Assembly: GCA_001938485.1 (NCBI GenBank) | Contig: MQRK01216824.1 | Coordinates: 1-58,467 of the forward strand | Direction of reading: 5' to 3' | Origin: Girardia tigrina | Taxonomy: Eukaryota | DNA length: 58,467 nucleotides | In this document: piece after piece, positions 11,271-27,100 of the stretch | Numbering within the stretch: position 1 is the stretch's first letter | Layout: each line of letters starts with the position of its first letter | Made by a program: the position numbers and the translations under genes | Notes under the pieces: generated by a model | Database searches by the model: none | The model's input: the letters and a program-made list of their open reading frames with translations, nothing else | Told to the model about the DNA's origin: nothing

Positions 11271-14200
11271 GTAAATTGATCATTTTTTTGCGTTAATTCA
11301 TTTTACAGAAAATATATTTCTTCTCAAAAATATAATTAAAAAATTAAAATTTTAATATGACATTATTTTATCATTGATTTTCTTTGTTCTTTTAGAATTC
11401 GTACGAAAAATTTATTAAAAAACATTTACAACACTATGGATACTATCAAGGTTATTGATGACAATTATTAATGAATGAGATTTCTGTTTGTTAACAGGCA
11501 ATAATATCGTTTTAAGAGAACTGGAAGGATATGACAAATATCATGGTTATTCTCCTAGCGATGAGTCGACAACTGGGTCCGATAATAACACTAAGATCAA
11601 CGAAAGAATAGGTTGAGTAGTTAAAAATCTTTGTTTATGTGTTTATCCTCTAAATAATGTTTATTTTACAATACACCGAATGAAAGTTTGAGTGAAAAGT
11701 GGTAAACTGCGTTAAGTAAACAACAATAAAAAGACTGCATAAACTCTGTGTTAATTGTCTTAACGGTGTTCATCTACAAACAGTCGTATAAACAGCTCAG
11801 TGCTGATTTATGCTAATGAGTAGCTTCTATCTAAACAAACTATCTAATTAAGCACTTTATTTAATTAAAGAATATCGATCGGGTTTTAAAAGAACGATGT
11901 TCAAAAGAATCTCATTTTAATTATTTTATCAACAGAAACAATAATTTTTTATGACAACAATATTTGTTAGTTGTACTGCACATCGGAAGATTAAACAGTA
12001 AACAATTACCGATCAATATCAAGATAATGAGATGCATTGAAATGTCGAGTCCTAGAGATTGATTAAAAATTTAATTTTCTATCGAAAAAAATTGAAAAAA
12101 ATTCCTTTTTTTATTATCTTAAACAAATATAATAATTTAATCTTCTATAGAAAATGATGCAACTGCATTACGATCGACAAAAAAGGTGTTTCTATAGGAA
12201 ATGAAAAAATGGCATACAGTTATATATAATTGAGTCTTTACTCCAATTCTCAATAATATATAACTGTAAATTCTATTCACGTCTTCTTCTGCTGGATTTT
12301 AAGTTTCTTCAAATACGGTAATTAATTAGTAACGCCATTAAAATCAAATTTTATTGCAATATAATTCGGTGGATTTTCCACCATCTTCAGGCTGAATTAA
12401 CAACAATTTATTGAAAATATTTAATTAGTTATTACGCAAGACTTTTGCATAATCATCATTTTGCTATATATAAGACAGCAAAATTGTTGTTAATTCAGCC
12501 TGAAGGTGGTGGAAAATCCACCGGAATATATTGCGACAAAAAAATTTGATTTTAATGGTGTTCTGAATTTTAATAAAAGTTTGCCATTATTTTTTAAATT
12601 TCTTATATATATATATATATATTATAGTAAAAATATAATCTATTTTTATGCTTATAATATTCTTCAATATTAAAGTAATTATATATTTACGTATATCCTA
12701 TTTTATAAAAACATGAATCTTTCCTAATATACCGTACGCTCTATATATAGAGATTATATTTTTTACAATATTATTCAATAAAACTGCGTCCAGTTTCAAT
12801 AACAGCTTCTAAGCGAGATTTGAATCGTCTACATGCTTGAATTAAGTGATCCTTGTTCATATTTGACACTACTCTGACTATAGCCATTTTCAAAGATTCT
12901 TTATTATTATGGATGTGTTAAATGAACTCACTCTTAACAACTCTCCGAACGTAGTACTCCAAGATCTGGAGAGTCAGATGGGCAAATACTAATGGTAATG
13001 TAGTTGACAAAATTTTCAGCCATCCATTCCTGCTTTACTTGAGCCTTATGTGATGATGCAGAATCTTGCTGGCATACACAAGGCCTTCCATTTCGTATAC
13101 TGTCAATCTAGGGCTTAAATACTCTTTCTAGAACGTCAATATAGGCATCTGCGTTAATTCGAAGGCCTAGTGGAAAGATATGAGGAGGCATCACGTGGCC
13201 ATCGTTGCTGATAACCCCGAAAACCATAACAGTTACTGGAAATTTTGTGTGCATAATTACTGAAACATGAATATAACCACCTTAGTCAAAGTTTTTCTCG
13301 TTTAAATAAAACCAAATCACGTCTTCCTCTGCTGGATTTTTTAAGTTTCTTCAAGATCCTTTTTGATCTGATTAAGCGATTTTCTTTTTTTTTGCAGACC
13401 TAAATTGTCTTTCTCCTTACATAAGACTTATATCGGATGTCTCATGCAGAATGTTTTTAATTGTTCCTTCTGAAACATGGATTTCTTTTGTGTGTGACCC
13501 CATCAATTTCCGGGATTTTGAAAATAAAAATATGTAATAGTTAAAAAACATTGACAGAAAATATTTATTGAATACTTGTTTGAATATTGGTTGATTTATT
13601 TGTCTGTATGATGGCGGAAAATCGAAAAAAATCTTCGTTTCTATACCTTCTCCCGTTATTCACTCGGCATCACGGGAAGTGAAATTTATCAGGAAATTAT
13701 CTCTGTTCATGGTGCTGACAGTGTTGGAGAATCTACAGTGTATCGGTGGATAACTGAATTTGACAATGGCAAGACTTCTTTTGCTTGGAAAAACTGTGGG
13801 AGAAAATCAACAAAAACAACCCTTGAAAACATTCTGTTGGTCTCTGTAATTATTAACGCCAATGGTGCAGTGACCATTGATGAAATTGAAGATGAGACAT
13901 CCCTCAGCCATGGAACCATTCAGCGTATTGTGAGCGACCATTTGGGCTTTCGGTCTGTTGCCTGTAAGTGGGTTCCTCATGCCTTGTCAAATGATCAAAA
14001 GGTTAATAGTGTCACTGCTGCAAAGGATTGTTTGAAAATTTTGAAAAGTAAACACCAACATGAACATATTGTGATGGTGGATGAGAAGGGGTTTTACATG
14101 AGAACTGTTGGCAAGAAAAGAAACAACCGTTGCTGGGTTTCCCCTGATGGTGATCACAGTGAACCAATTCATGTCGTGAAGCGTAGCCAGTTTGACAGAA

Positions 14201-15088
14201 AAATCATGTCTGTCATCGCAATGTCCTTCACTGGAAAATGTTATTGCGAACTGCTGCAGGAGTTAGAAAGCATGAATAGCGAGCGTTATGTCACTTTTCT
14301 TGTTAATATGGAGAAGTTTAGTCAAAATGTGTTTCCACTCAACTGGAGAAACATGATTTTCGTGCAAGACAACGCGATGCTTCATGTTTCCAAAGTGACG
14401 TCCATGTTTCTCGCTAACAAGATACCTAACATGATACCTTGCTCCATCAATCACCATATTCCCCTGATTATAACATCTTGGATCGCTTTATTCACCCTTA
14501 CTTGGAAGATCAGCGACACAAAACCAATTTTCAATCTGCAGATGAGTTACTTCAATTCATTACATCAGAACTGAAAAATATTTCTGCTGATCGATGGTCA
14601 TCTGAGATGGGAAAACTGATACAATGCCTCTCAAATGTTATAAAGAAGAATGGTGATTATGAATGAATATATTACACAGTGTTGTTTTTTACATTGCTCG
14701 TTAAAAATGATATTGACATTTCAGAAGTCTCATTCTTTCTGGTATGAACTAATATTAGTAATCGATAACCAGAAATATGTTCGCCTTGATAAATAGAAAT
14801 ACATTAAAAAAATGTAAAAGTAAACGTATGAAACCACTAAAATATGAAAGAATGAATTAGAATATTAAATTGCAAAAGAGGTACGGCTCTAGCACATGCA
14901 TTACTTTTTATAATAAAATATCTCTCTAATTACAGTTATTTTCGATCTATTACGTCGTTGTTACAATATATCTCGTCGTTGTTGCAATCTAGTATGTCAG
15001 TTAAAATGTATATACAGGATTTTTTGGAGGAAAATGAAATATTTTTTTATTAATTATGATTTTTTGGTATAAAGTGACATAAATTTAT

Positions 15089-15128
<40 letters not shown>

Positions 15129-18100
15129 TAATAATTCAGACACAACTTGCAAGGAATTCAGGGGTATAATTCCCCTTCCTCCATCCTCGAAAATGAACTA
15201 ATAAAAATATAATGTTTAAATTCTTTGATTCTGCGGAAAATTTTCGTAGTTAGTGGGCACTACAGTATACAGAATACACTTTTTATTGTAATATTGGGAT
15301 CAAGAAACGTTATTTGAAACGTTAATTATTTTTTCTCTAATAAAATTTCAAGTGTTCAGCTTTGTCAAAATTATAACTATTTTCTTATCATTAGTGATAA
15401 CAAAACAATGTAACACAAAAATAATTTCAAAAACAGCCAAAATGCTCCTTTTCCCTTGTGAAATGAGCGTTTCCTTAAAGCTTGTTATGTAAAAACGTCT
15501 CGTCGAAATAGCGAAATTTAGCAAGAGCGGATTTTGGTAATACTTTGGATTTAAGCTATCTGGATATCAACTAAGAAATGTTAGCATTTAAAATTTTGAT
15601 TTTCAGATTTTCGATTTTGGGATCGATGTGCGACGTCATGTTTGATCTGAATGCTTTAATCCACCTCCGAGCAGCGCGATCTGGCAGGCACCGTGTGTGG
15701 ACGTGAACCACGACTGACGGTGTCTCATAAGTATCCATGATAGGTCCTTTAAAATTCAATCAGGCAATTAAGTAGAAGACATCTTTTTATTTTTTAATCC
15801 AAATTTTTTTAATTAAAATTTCAACACTGTTTACCATTTTTTTTCATTCAAACAAATTGCATTTTTTTGTTTATTTCATAAACTTATGTTTAATTGCTAT
15901 AAATACTTTTAAAATGGAATGTATTGCAGATCCATATTTTCTGAGTTGTGTCAATCCAAGGACTCAATTTTATTGACTCAATGAAACATATTATTTAATT
16001 ATATTTATTTTCAAATTAATTTATCAAAATTTATAGTAATAATTAAAATTAGAAAAATCATTGTTTAACTCCTTCATCCTCCGAAGGTTTCGAAGTCTAT
16101 TATAGCTTTCACAGCTATATACATGCTCATAAAATAAGTACAAAAGAAAATTCATCCATGACAACCTTACTTGGATATTACATGTTGCACACCCTCAAAA
16201 TATTCATCCAAAGGTATTTCATGAAGGTGTCAGACCGACTAAAAAATTATTTTGTAACACTTATCTACTTGACTAAATTAATGTTAGCATAATTTTGATT
16301 ATAATCTATTTATTTATTTGACTCATTCCATTCCAATTTGTTGATAAAACAGATATAATTACAATAACGTTGCAATCATAAATAGCAATTTAGATTACAT
16401 TCCGATTTTGTTTATGTTATTTTCATTAATACATCCGTTGCAATACTATTTTCATTCAAATTTATTTATTTTTTATTATATTTTTAATATATAAATAAAA
16501 ATATACATATAAAAATATTTTAACATTATCATCAGTCATTTTTAATTGTTATCTAAAATTTCCAATAATTTGTAACATAATTTGATTTTACTCTAAATTT
16601 GAGTGATATCATGATTTTAATTTATTATAATTTATTCTAAAATTAACTATAAATGGTAACATAATTTATATTAATTATATTTTTGTAAATATCGTTTATG
16701 CCACTTTCATTATCAACAGATTCAAAGCTTAAAACTCAACACCAAAATTTTATTAATATCATGACTACAGATTTTCAAACAAATTTTCGTTAATAAAAAT
16801 TTTCGTTTCTCCCCATAAATTTTATTCTACTTTAAATTTTATCAATTTTACTTTTTTTTGAAATTTTTTTTAATCAAGCTTTTTATTACGTTTAAGATAA
16901 AATATATGACAAATAAAAATACTTAACCTAAACTTCTTTTATTATTTTTTAAAATGCGTTTCTATATAATTATATTACCAATTAAATTAATTTATTCCAT
17001 TTAAATAAAATGCAATGAATTTGTAAAACTTAAAAAAATATTTATTATTAAATTCCTTTGATTTAAACCAACTCTTTATTATGTATTTTTAAAATATATT
17101 TTAAGCACAGTAAAATTAATTTTTCCATTTATATAAACATCTAATTTTAAAATTAATTTGTAAAAATCTATCTAATTTCTTAAAAACAATTTTGTAGTAA
17201 ATTTACGCAATAACTTATTTATTTTATTATTTCTTTTAAAATACTTATTTTAAACATTTCGACATTCCAAATATATCATTCAAATATATCATTCCAAATA
17301 TATCATTCCACCGAATATATGAACTTTTGGATTTTTAAGATTTTAAACTCTGTTTTTGTCATACATAATTATTTACTTTTTGCAAAATTTAAAATTATTC
17401 AGTGAATCGAAAATTTTAACTAACTCCTTATAATTTTAAAAAGATATTGTTGGTCAAAATTTTAAATTTTAAATTAATTAAAGATGTAGTGATTTAGTAA
17501 ATCACAGTTTAAATTTTTTTCATCAAAATAAAAATATATGTAGATATTTTCTTGTGCACGCGGTGTTGAAATTGCAAATAATGTTTCCAAAAAAATAAAA
17601 TAAAATAAAAAATAAATATAAAACTATTTATAATTATCAAATTGCGTTTAAATAATTTAACAAAAATAAATTTTTATGAATAATTTTGTGTTTTTAAATT
17701 GCGTCATTTTTTATGCGTTTTGCGTGTTATTCTGAATAAATATTTTATTTAGTATGACCTTAAGTTTTTGTTCAATTTACTTATTTGTATACATAGTAAT
17801 ACAGGTCTATACAGAAAGTTTTGACCGATGGTTTTCTATAAGTATCTAATGAATGCATTGATAAATGCCTATGATATTTACAGTATAGTTAACATATACA
17901 CATGTGAATATATTTTGTAAAATATAATTAAAAAATAATCATTTTTTCCTATTATAGGAAAACTAATTTCAAAATATCATTTAACAAATTGTTTTGAAAA
18001 AAAATATTATTTTGCAATATTGTTTGAAAGTTATATTTTAATTGAGTTAAAATGAATTTGAGTCAACATGATATTCGAATAATGATATATTACTACTGGA

Positions 18101-21100
18101 AACGTAATTTGAATCCACCCACTATATGTAAAGAGATGAATGCAGCACTTGGAAATGGGGCTGTTAGTGAGAGCACTTGTCGTCGATGGGTAACAGTTTA
18201 ACAGCAGAAATTTTAATGTGGAAGATCCACAGCGCTCTGGAAGGCCGTCAATGAACATTGATAACGCTATATTGCAGCAACTGGAATTGGGAAAATACAG
18301 CACATATCGCTCCATAGCACTTGAGTTGGAAATTTCCTTGGAGACAGCTCGAATCATCTCATTCAGATAGGGTAAAGGTACATGTGTAATCGATGGATCC
18401 AACATCTATTGTCTCCTGAACAAATGGCTAATAGAGAAAGAATATGCAACGAGCTATTAGCAAAGCAATCGGCTTTTGATTTTCTTGGACAACTGGTAAC
18501 CATGGATAAATCCTGGATATATGGGGACAATGGAGGCTCACAACATCGAGGAGAATGAGACAATCCTCCAATTGAAGTTCGTCATGTGCTTATACTTAGA
18601 AAGCACATGATTTCAGTTTTTTTGGGTTATGGTTAGGGTTTGGGACTTTGCTTGGAACGGCAAAGGTGTATTGCTAATGGAAGTTCTCCCTCATGGGCAG
18701 ACAATTACTGCGGATAACTACTGTCAACAGCTGGATCGTCTTGTTGCTTTAATACAACAAAAGCAGACGCGGCTTATGGGAGGAGGAGCTCAACAAATTA
18801 CTTACCTTGATGATAACACCAGACCCCACACAGCCAACAAAACAGTAAATAAACTGCAGGAAATCGGGTTCAGTGTATTGCCCCATCCACCATACTCACC
18901 TGACCTCGCTCCCTTCGATTTTTATTTATTCTCCCAAATGAAAACCGCCCTCTGAGGACGAAATTACAAATACGCGGAAGAAGTGGCGTTAGCGCGTTGA
19001 ATTGAAGTGAAATCTTGCAGTTTCTTCACCAAAGGAATGAGAAAACTCCAAGAACGGTGGGAGAAGTGCGTGGCTCACAATGGACAATACTTTAAACACA
19101 TTAAAGATGATGATGAAAATATCAATAAATGCTTATCTTTCACTTGTCTATAAATCGGTCAAGACTTTCTGGACAGACCTATATTTAACCGTTCTTTAAG
19201 AATTTTGACACCATGACTTGCTGATTTGAAGTCGGATAATTTTTAGATTACAAATAAAAATTGATGAAGGTGAAGTGAAAATATATCAAAATATGTTCAG
19301 AATAATTAAAAATTCTTTAATCAAATTATTTGTAAACAAAATCCAACTAGCATTCACGAGATTAAATATATAAGTATAAATATAAATAAAATTTTAATAT
19401 TTAGATGAGCTTATATATTAATTATTAGTAAAATTTATTGAGTGATAAATTATGTTTCAGAAATTTGTGTATTTTGAAACATTTCCAAGTGTCTTGAATA
19501 TCTCCTATTGTTTCTGAGAGTTAGTACCGGAAATCTTATTTTCAGCCTAATTTATCGTTGAGAAAATAATGTCATTACTTAAAAGCAGATTCAGTGTTGA
19601 ATAGTGTAACAATTGCGGATACCGAAAAGATTGTTCAGTATTAAGATATATTTTTCTGATACTTTTCTCGTAAAAATTGTCATTCGTAAAAATATTTCTA
19701 AGTCGACTGCCAAACTTTCTTAATTTCCTGACAATTATTCCTTTCAATTATAATAATAAATTCAAGATAGACTAATAATTGAATAAGTTATTGATGAAAA
19801 CGGATAAAATAACCTTCAATGATAGAAAATTATTCTTTTATCTAATATTTCTCTAATTAAACATAATGCTTATATTCCTCCATGTGTCAAAATTGAAACC
19901 ATAAAGTTGCTTCCTTGCCACAGTGAATTCTAGGAACAAGGATCTTCTACTCCAATGGGTACTAAAACAGAATGAATTTACTCTTATATTATTCATTAAA
20001 TTCCTATATTGTTCTAGGTTTAAAATTTAAACAATAACAAATTTGTAAATAAATTTTAAAAATTATGATAATTTTTTTAAAACAGTACTTCTTTAAGTAC
20101 TTTAAAAACATCTTAGGATGATATATTTCGACGGTTGAGGATTTTATTCTTGTCTTTAAATTTCATGTACATGCTTTTCGTTTATAAATTACAAAAATTC
20201 GATTCATTTGAATATTTTCTATAGCTTATTTGCAAGATTGTCATACAATATATAGTAAGAAAAAAAACCTGATTCTTCTACTTTTTTTTATTATATATTA
20301 CCTATTTATCTACCTTTTGAATAGGTAGTTAAAATCTTTTCTCTTCGTAGTCACTCAAGCTGTTAAATATGAAAGAAGAGTCATAAGAAGGAGGTTAGTT
20401 TTTTTATATTATGATGCTCTCAAAGCTCTACTAAGCAAAGATTATTTTTAAAGTCTTCAACCCTAAATTTCTTGACCATCTCTAAACCGATAAAAGTCAA
20501 TAGGAATGTCGAAGTTCCAAAAAGAGCATATTGATGACCATTTTTCGTTCACAAAATTCTGAAAAAAAAGCTGATTAAATATTTTAAATACAAAAAAAGA
20601 TTAAGAATAAACAAAAATAGCAAAAATTACACAAAAACTTAATATTTTAAAAAAATATTTGAATGTATTTAAAAAACGTTTACTGAATCAATGCCGTGGT
20701 AAGCCACCTAAAAGGACCCCAAGGTTACTCTTTCGATAGTCTTTCTGAATTGAAGAGGACATTTGTAAATTCCGAGGCTCAGTTGAATTGATGTATGTCA
20801 TTCTCTGTAGTGTTGAAAGATAAGTAAAAAACCAAAATATAAAATAATCATAACAATATTTTATCAGAAAAACCCAATTTTTATAGATATCTGAAACTTT
20901 TTCACATTACCATGTCTATTAATAATCTTAAATTATATAAATATTTAAAAACCAGAAACTTATTTTTACTAAATCTATTTTATGTTATTTTATTTTATTG
21001 TTATAAAAAGCTTTCATATCGTACGATATTTTACTTTTTGATAAAAGTCCCACTTCAAAAAGGTTGTGAACGATTTGCAATGCAACTTCTTTACAACATT

Positions 21101-24100
21101 TATTATTACAAATTCTGCACAAATACCATTTTTCAAAGAATATTTTAATAATAAATTAAAAGAATTACAAAATTCATAGACCTAAAAGGCTATTGCTTAA
21201 ATATATGTAATATTAAATGGTATATGTTTATAATAAATCTAAAATGTTCACAAATTTAAAATAACTTATACAAACATAAAAACTGTAAATATCTTTTTAT
21301 TTTCAGTTGATTCTATGAATATGAAGACGACTCAAGTCATTTATGATTATTTTGAAGATGGAAGTTGCATCAGGAAACTCAAAGCTCCACATAATTATGT
21401 TCTTAATCTCCAAGAGTCTCCAAGATGGTATTAAAGTTACATTATATGGTTATTCAAATTTATAATTCCTTGTATGGAAATCTTTGCTCTTTTGTTTTTT
21501 GTATAATTTCCATTTCTATAAACCATTATTAGTATACAAGGGAATGTAGATTTATAACCATGTGAAGTTATAAATAGTAATATAAACGAATATTTTTTTT
21601 TACTTTTATTTTGGCTTTTAACGTTATTTTATTTATAACTTAATAATAATCTGATTTTTTCACTATTTTAATTTAATTGAAAAATTGTTATTAATTAATG
21701 TGCAAAATGAATCATTTTTTACGAATTTATTCATTTCACGATCATTGAGCCACATAAACGTAATGGTCATTAAACGTCATTTATTAAAATCTTTCAAACA
21801 TCCATAAAATTCCTGAGAATAGTTTTCATTATCGGAGTTTTTCAAGTGACATAAAACAGTACCTTAACAGCAACCCAATTAAGGATGGTGGAGTCTTTCA
21901 TGATTTGTAAATATATTAAAGAGATTTTTTTTACTTGATTTAAAAAATAAATACAAATTGAATTTCTGAAGGTTTTGAAGTGGACAGAGGAAAGTTATAA
22001 ATGTAACATATAATGCAGGTGACAGTTATTTGGTTCTCTAGTAACACGGAATAAAATACATTTTAAGGTATCCATTTAAGGATTCTAAAATATTTTTTCA
22101 TAAATTAAAAATTACCAAGTTTTTAATTAGGTCTATTTATTTTTAAGGCCTATTGAGATGGAAGTACTACCGGAAGGAATTCATCACATCAATACTCTTC
22201 CTCCTCATCGAGAATTAGTCTACATATCAAGTTGATTATATTGCTTAAACATCTATACATATAATTAAATTTTTTTTATTTTTTATTATCATGTTAATTT
22301 CTTAATAATTTAATAGTTATAAATAATTATAAATATAAATGAAGAATTTTGATTAGAAAAGTAATTAATTGTAAATAAATATATCATAACAATCTACGGA
22401 CAAGTGTATGATAAGATTCATAAATTTCTAAATTTGAGTAAAATGAACCTAAATCATACACTAAAATATACGAATATATATGTGATTATCTCCAAGGGTA
22501 CCTAGTAGAAAACCAAAGGATTTTATGAAACCAAAGTGTATTTAATTAAACACGTGATGCAGGCAAACGTATATGTTAACATAATTAAGCTTTCTGTTCA
22601 GAGGTGTTGCAAATGTCCTTTATCACGTGCTTACTTAAATACGATTTGGTTTCATAAAATCCTTTGGTTTTCTACTTGGTACTCTGTAAAAATTAAATTA
22701 ACATATAGTAAAAAAAACCTGTCAACTATATTACTAATTTTGTGTGACAATCTTTTATAAGAATAACTTATATATTTACCTAATGTTTATCTGTTTGTGC
22801 CTCACACTTGAATAATCTACTTAAAATAGTAAGTAGATAATTAAATAAACAATTATATCATAATATCTACAAATATATATTAATAAATATATTAATAATT
22901 ATAATAATTCACCTACTTATAAGGTAGATAATAATAATTGAATTATTAAATACAAAAATTAAAAGAAATTTAAATTAAAAAAATTGAAAAATGAAATAAA
23001 AATTTAATAAATTTAAAAAATATTAATACTTAATGAAAAGTAATTAATCAAAAACTGGGTCACTGACATGCCCGAGCGATCAAAAAGCGGTCACGGGGAC
23101 GCGCGGCGATCGAAAAGCGGTTACAGGAAGTCTTTGTAGAGATAGACAACGAGCAGGCGATCGCGAGGCAGGTCATGGGGATTTAAGACGGGATCGAGTT
23201 GTGGACAAAATGCTCGATTCGTCAATCAATCTGGTGATCGATTGGAGACTCATATTCGAGCATATCGGTCAAATAAGCGCGCCGGATGAGTTGGAAAACT
23301 GGGTGGAGAAGCCAGTAAATCTGATCTGCAAGGACTTCAGCGTGAAAGAAGTGGCGACTGTGCTGATAATCGGCAAATGGCAGAATGATGTAGGCTGCCG
23401 CAGCTGCATGGACGAGTTTTACCGGAATGCGAGCGTGCTCTCCTGCAAGGTGGTAATGGGCGCGTGTAATATAAAGAACGGTCTTTTCGAGTTGCACTTC
23501 TTGATCAATGTGAAGAAGCTGCTGGCAGTCGTGTGGGCTAGAAGAACACCAAGGGCAGCGAAGGAGTGCTCGGACGGAACCGGCGGAAAGCGGTGCGCCG
23601 CCATGGTGCAGGCGTATGACTTGGTTGTCAGGCGGGCGGCAACACTAGCGGCTGTCCTCTGATCAGCAAGTCGCGGTAGCTGAGAAACGAGCTCGACTGG
23701 ATGATCAAGGAGGAACTGCACGATTTAGGCCGCACAGGATGAAGAAGATGCTGGTTAATCTAATCGGCAAGCCGTTCATTACGATGGACATCTCGACGGT
23801 GATGTGCAACGGGGAGCACGCTTTGGTATGACTGGTGTTGCTGGCAGACAAGCAACAGGAGACAGACGAGGAAACAAATCCGGTGGTGGTGCTGGCGAGC
23901 GGAGAAACTGCTGCGAGTGGGGTTGCAATGTAGGGGGTCGTGAGTCTCACAATACAATTTTTTGGCTACCACGGGAGCCGAGTTGAAATTCGAGAACAGA
24001 CCGAACTCTGTGAAATCGAACAGTTTGAACTATATCATTTTTAGATATCAAATCTAGTATCAAATATGGTATGGGGTGCGGTCTAAAGGCCGTAATTTAA

Positions 24101-27100
24101 TTTTGGTGCATTACCGTGAATGCCAAGGTCCGGGAGAGAGCCAAATTCGATGGATTGCGGTGCGGTCTAAGGGCCGCAAATTATGTTGGCTTCCCCTTGC
24201 TGATGCAGTGAATGTGCCTCGATGGCAGGGGGCGTGTAATGTATTTATTTAAATACACTGAAAGTGGTTTGAGTGTTTCTTTTAAAATATAACTTGTGCG
24301 TTGTCTTGTTTCTTAGAATTCGGAGCAATAAATAATAAATTATAATAATTAAAATTTAAAAATTAAAACAGAAACTTTCAAAGACAAAAATTCAGCTCGC
24401 CCGAAAATTCAGATGTGAATGTATCGACATACATCAAAAATGATTCAGAAAAAGATAAGAGAACTGAGTAATAAAATATTTTAAAAATCATAACATAATG
24501 TAGTATCACACTATCCTTTCTAAAAATTTAAGTTTATAATAAGTCGATTAATTCTGGTTGATATACAGCAAAGGGTTCTGGACTTTGGTGAAGAATATAT
24601 GATTAAGTTGTAAATAAATTGAACATCAATATTTGAATATTTATTTAAGATCATTGTTAGAATTTCGTGATCTCGAAAATTTTTGAACGTTATTATTTAA
24701 AATTGTAAAATTTTTTAAATTATGAAAATGTAATATTAAAAATTGTAAAACTGTAAATTCTAGAAATTCTAAATTTGAAAAATTGTGATATTGTAAAATT
24801 TAAATTAGAATTTTCACGTATCAATATTTATATTACACTATTAATTTATAAAGGTTTGTGAATAGAAAATAATGTTCCACGGAAATTTGTCTAAAAAACA
24901 GAAATTTGTATTGAAATACAATAAAGTTATGTCCATCTTGATTTCGATTCCAATATGGGTTTCGTCAAACATGTCCAAACCTAACACAACTAAACATTAG
25001 TTTAGTAATGCATTTAATTAGAATTTAAAATATTATTTGTAATTACTTTATTTATAAATCTACTTTACTTAGACGGCTGCGAAATCAAACCTCAACCTAA
25101 AGGAGATGAAATTGGTAAACTTGTTTACGAATATAAAACTTATTCAGGACCCTTTGTGAGTTTACTTTTATTAACTTTTTATTTCTGAGATTTCATTTCA
25201 ATTAAAAGAATTTGGTGTTTTTTGTAATAAAATAATTATTCAATTATTTTAATAATTAAAAATGCTTGAAAATTCTGAGATAGTGAAATAAAATCTTGTT
25301 TAAACAATTTTTTCTAAAGATTAATTTTCATGACTAAATTTTATCTCAATTTTATTTTGAGTAATATTTGTGATAATAATATATACTGATATTTTTCTAA
25401 TTTCTAAAGTTTACAAAATCGAAAACAATATCCAAAGAAACAAAAGATTTGCGTCACATTGCGGTAAATTTGGAATCTGAATTTGATGAAACCCTTTGTT
25501 TTGAATCTCGATTTGAGTCAGGAAATCTTGAAAAGGTTTATCAAATGTAAGTTTTGTCGAAATTAATTATATTGCATTTGAATATTATTAATAAATAGAA
25601 AGTTCTTTTCTTATTAACAACATACAGGGTGCTCCTGGTATAACAAAGCTTATCAAAAGAGTACCTGTACATTCCCTTCTGGCTATAAATAAATCGCTAA
25701 GCGGAAGGAATTAAGAAGTCATATAAAGAAAAAGACGTATGATGGATGGTTGCAAAGGCATGCGTTAGTTGATCATCGAATAAATTTTAATGGTACTACT
25801 GGTACCGTATAAGGTACGGCTGACGAGAATGATCAAGAAGTGATCCCAAAACTAGTTTTGGCTTGCGGCTAAATAATAGAAAGTAAGAGAGATTTTCAAC
25901 TGGGTGATTAAACAACAAATGCCTTACTAAACTCATTACGAGGGATAAGGATTAGTCATTGGTCAGAGACAGACCAAAAAGTTCTTACTCTTAATCCCAA
26001 ACTGTATGAGTTTATCAGAAGCTCTTGTATTTTTAAGAATTCCACTCGGTACAAAGTGTTTGATTCAATACCATTAGCGTCAATATTGAGTATCGTAGTT
26101 TACTATTTATACACAGTTATCTGCGACAATCAGAGGAGGTCCCACAACGATTAATCTTTACTACTCGTTAAATCGAACTGTTTTAACTATAGCATTTTTA
26201 GTTATCAAATCTAGTACCAAATATGGTATTTTTAAATTTGGGAGGGAAAGATAAAAAACAAGTATTTGTGGAAAAAATATTCTAAAAAAGGAATATTTTT
26301 CCAAATTTATAAGAAATTCATATTTACTAAGATATTACAAAATGAATTCAAGATTACATAACCTTATCACTCAAAATCTTTATCATTTCACGATCGGATT
26401 GTGACATGTGATGAGAAGTAAATTCTCTACGACAATTGGAAACGTTCGGCACAATGGTTAAACCACGATGAGCCTCCTCACCACTTTCCAAAACTCTACC
26501 AAAAGAAGGTTATGGTTACTGTTTGGTGGTCTGCACTCGGTATCATCCATCACAGCTTTCTGAATATGGGTGAAACGATCACGACAGAGAAGTACTGCCA
26601 ACAAATTGACAAAATACACAACAAGCTCCGACGTATGTGCCCAAGATTGGTTAATGTGAATGGGTCAATTCTCCTCCACGACAACGCCCGGCCACACATT
26701 GCGAAACCAACCGTACAAAAGCTAAACGAATTGGTTTACAAAAGTCTGCCTCCTTCACCCTATTCCCCGGACCTCTCGCCCATCGACAACTATTTATTCA
26801 AGAATCTGGACAACTTCTTCCAGGAAAAATGCTTCAAAAACGAAGACGACGCCAAAGACACCTTTAACGCTTTCATCGCATCCAGAACTCAGGAGTTCTA
26901 CACTAGGGGCATCAATAAACTTGTTTCTCGTTGACAAAAATGATTTGATTTTGATGGTTTTTATTTCGATGAATAAAGTTTATTCTGTGCAGAGTTACAT
27001 TTGTTTAAAGTTTAAGTTCAAAAACCTGCATTGCTTTTGCAACTACCAAATACCAATTGTTTTTGATTATATATCTGGAAGTTTATCTTTTCTATTTCAT

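Noticed and set aside
19470-21120. Nested antisense host gene: exon-like blocks with apparent AG/GT ends on the minus strand, also 16070-16250
   Set aside because: Most blocks have stops in all frames and cannot be chained into an ORF; the remnants fit a decayed Penelope-type RT better
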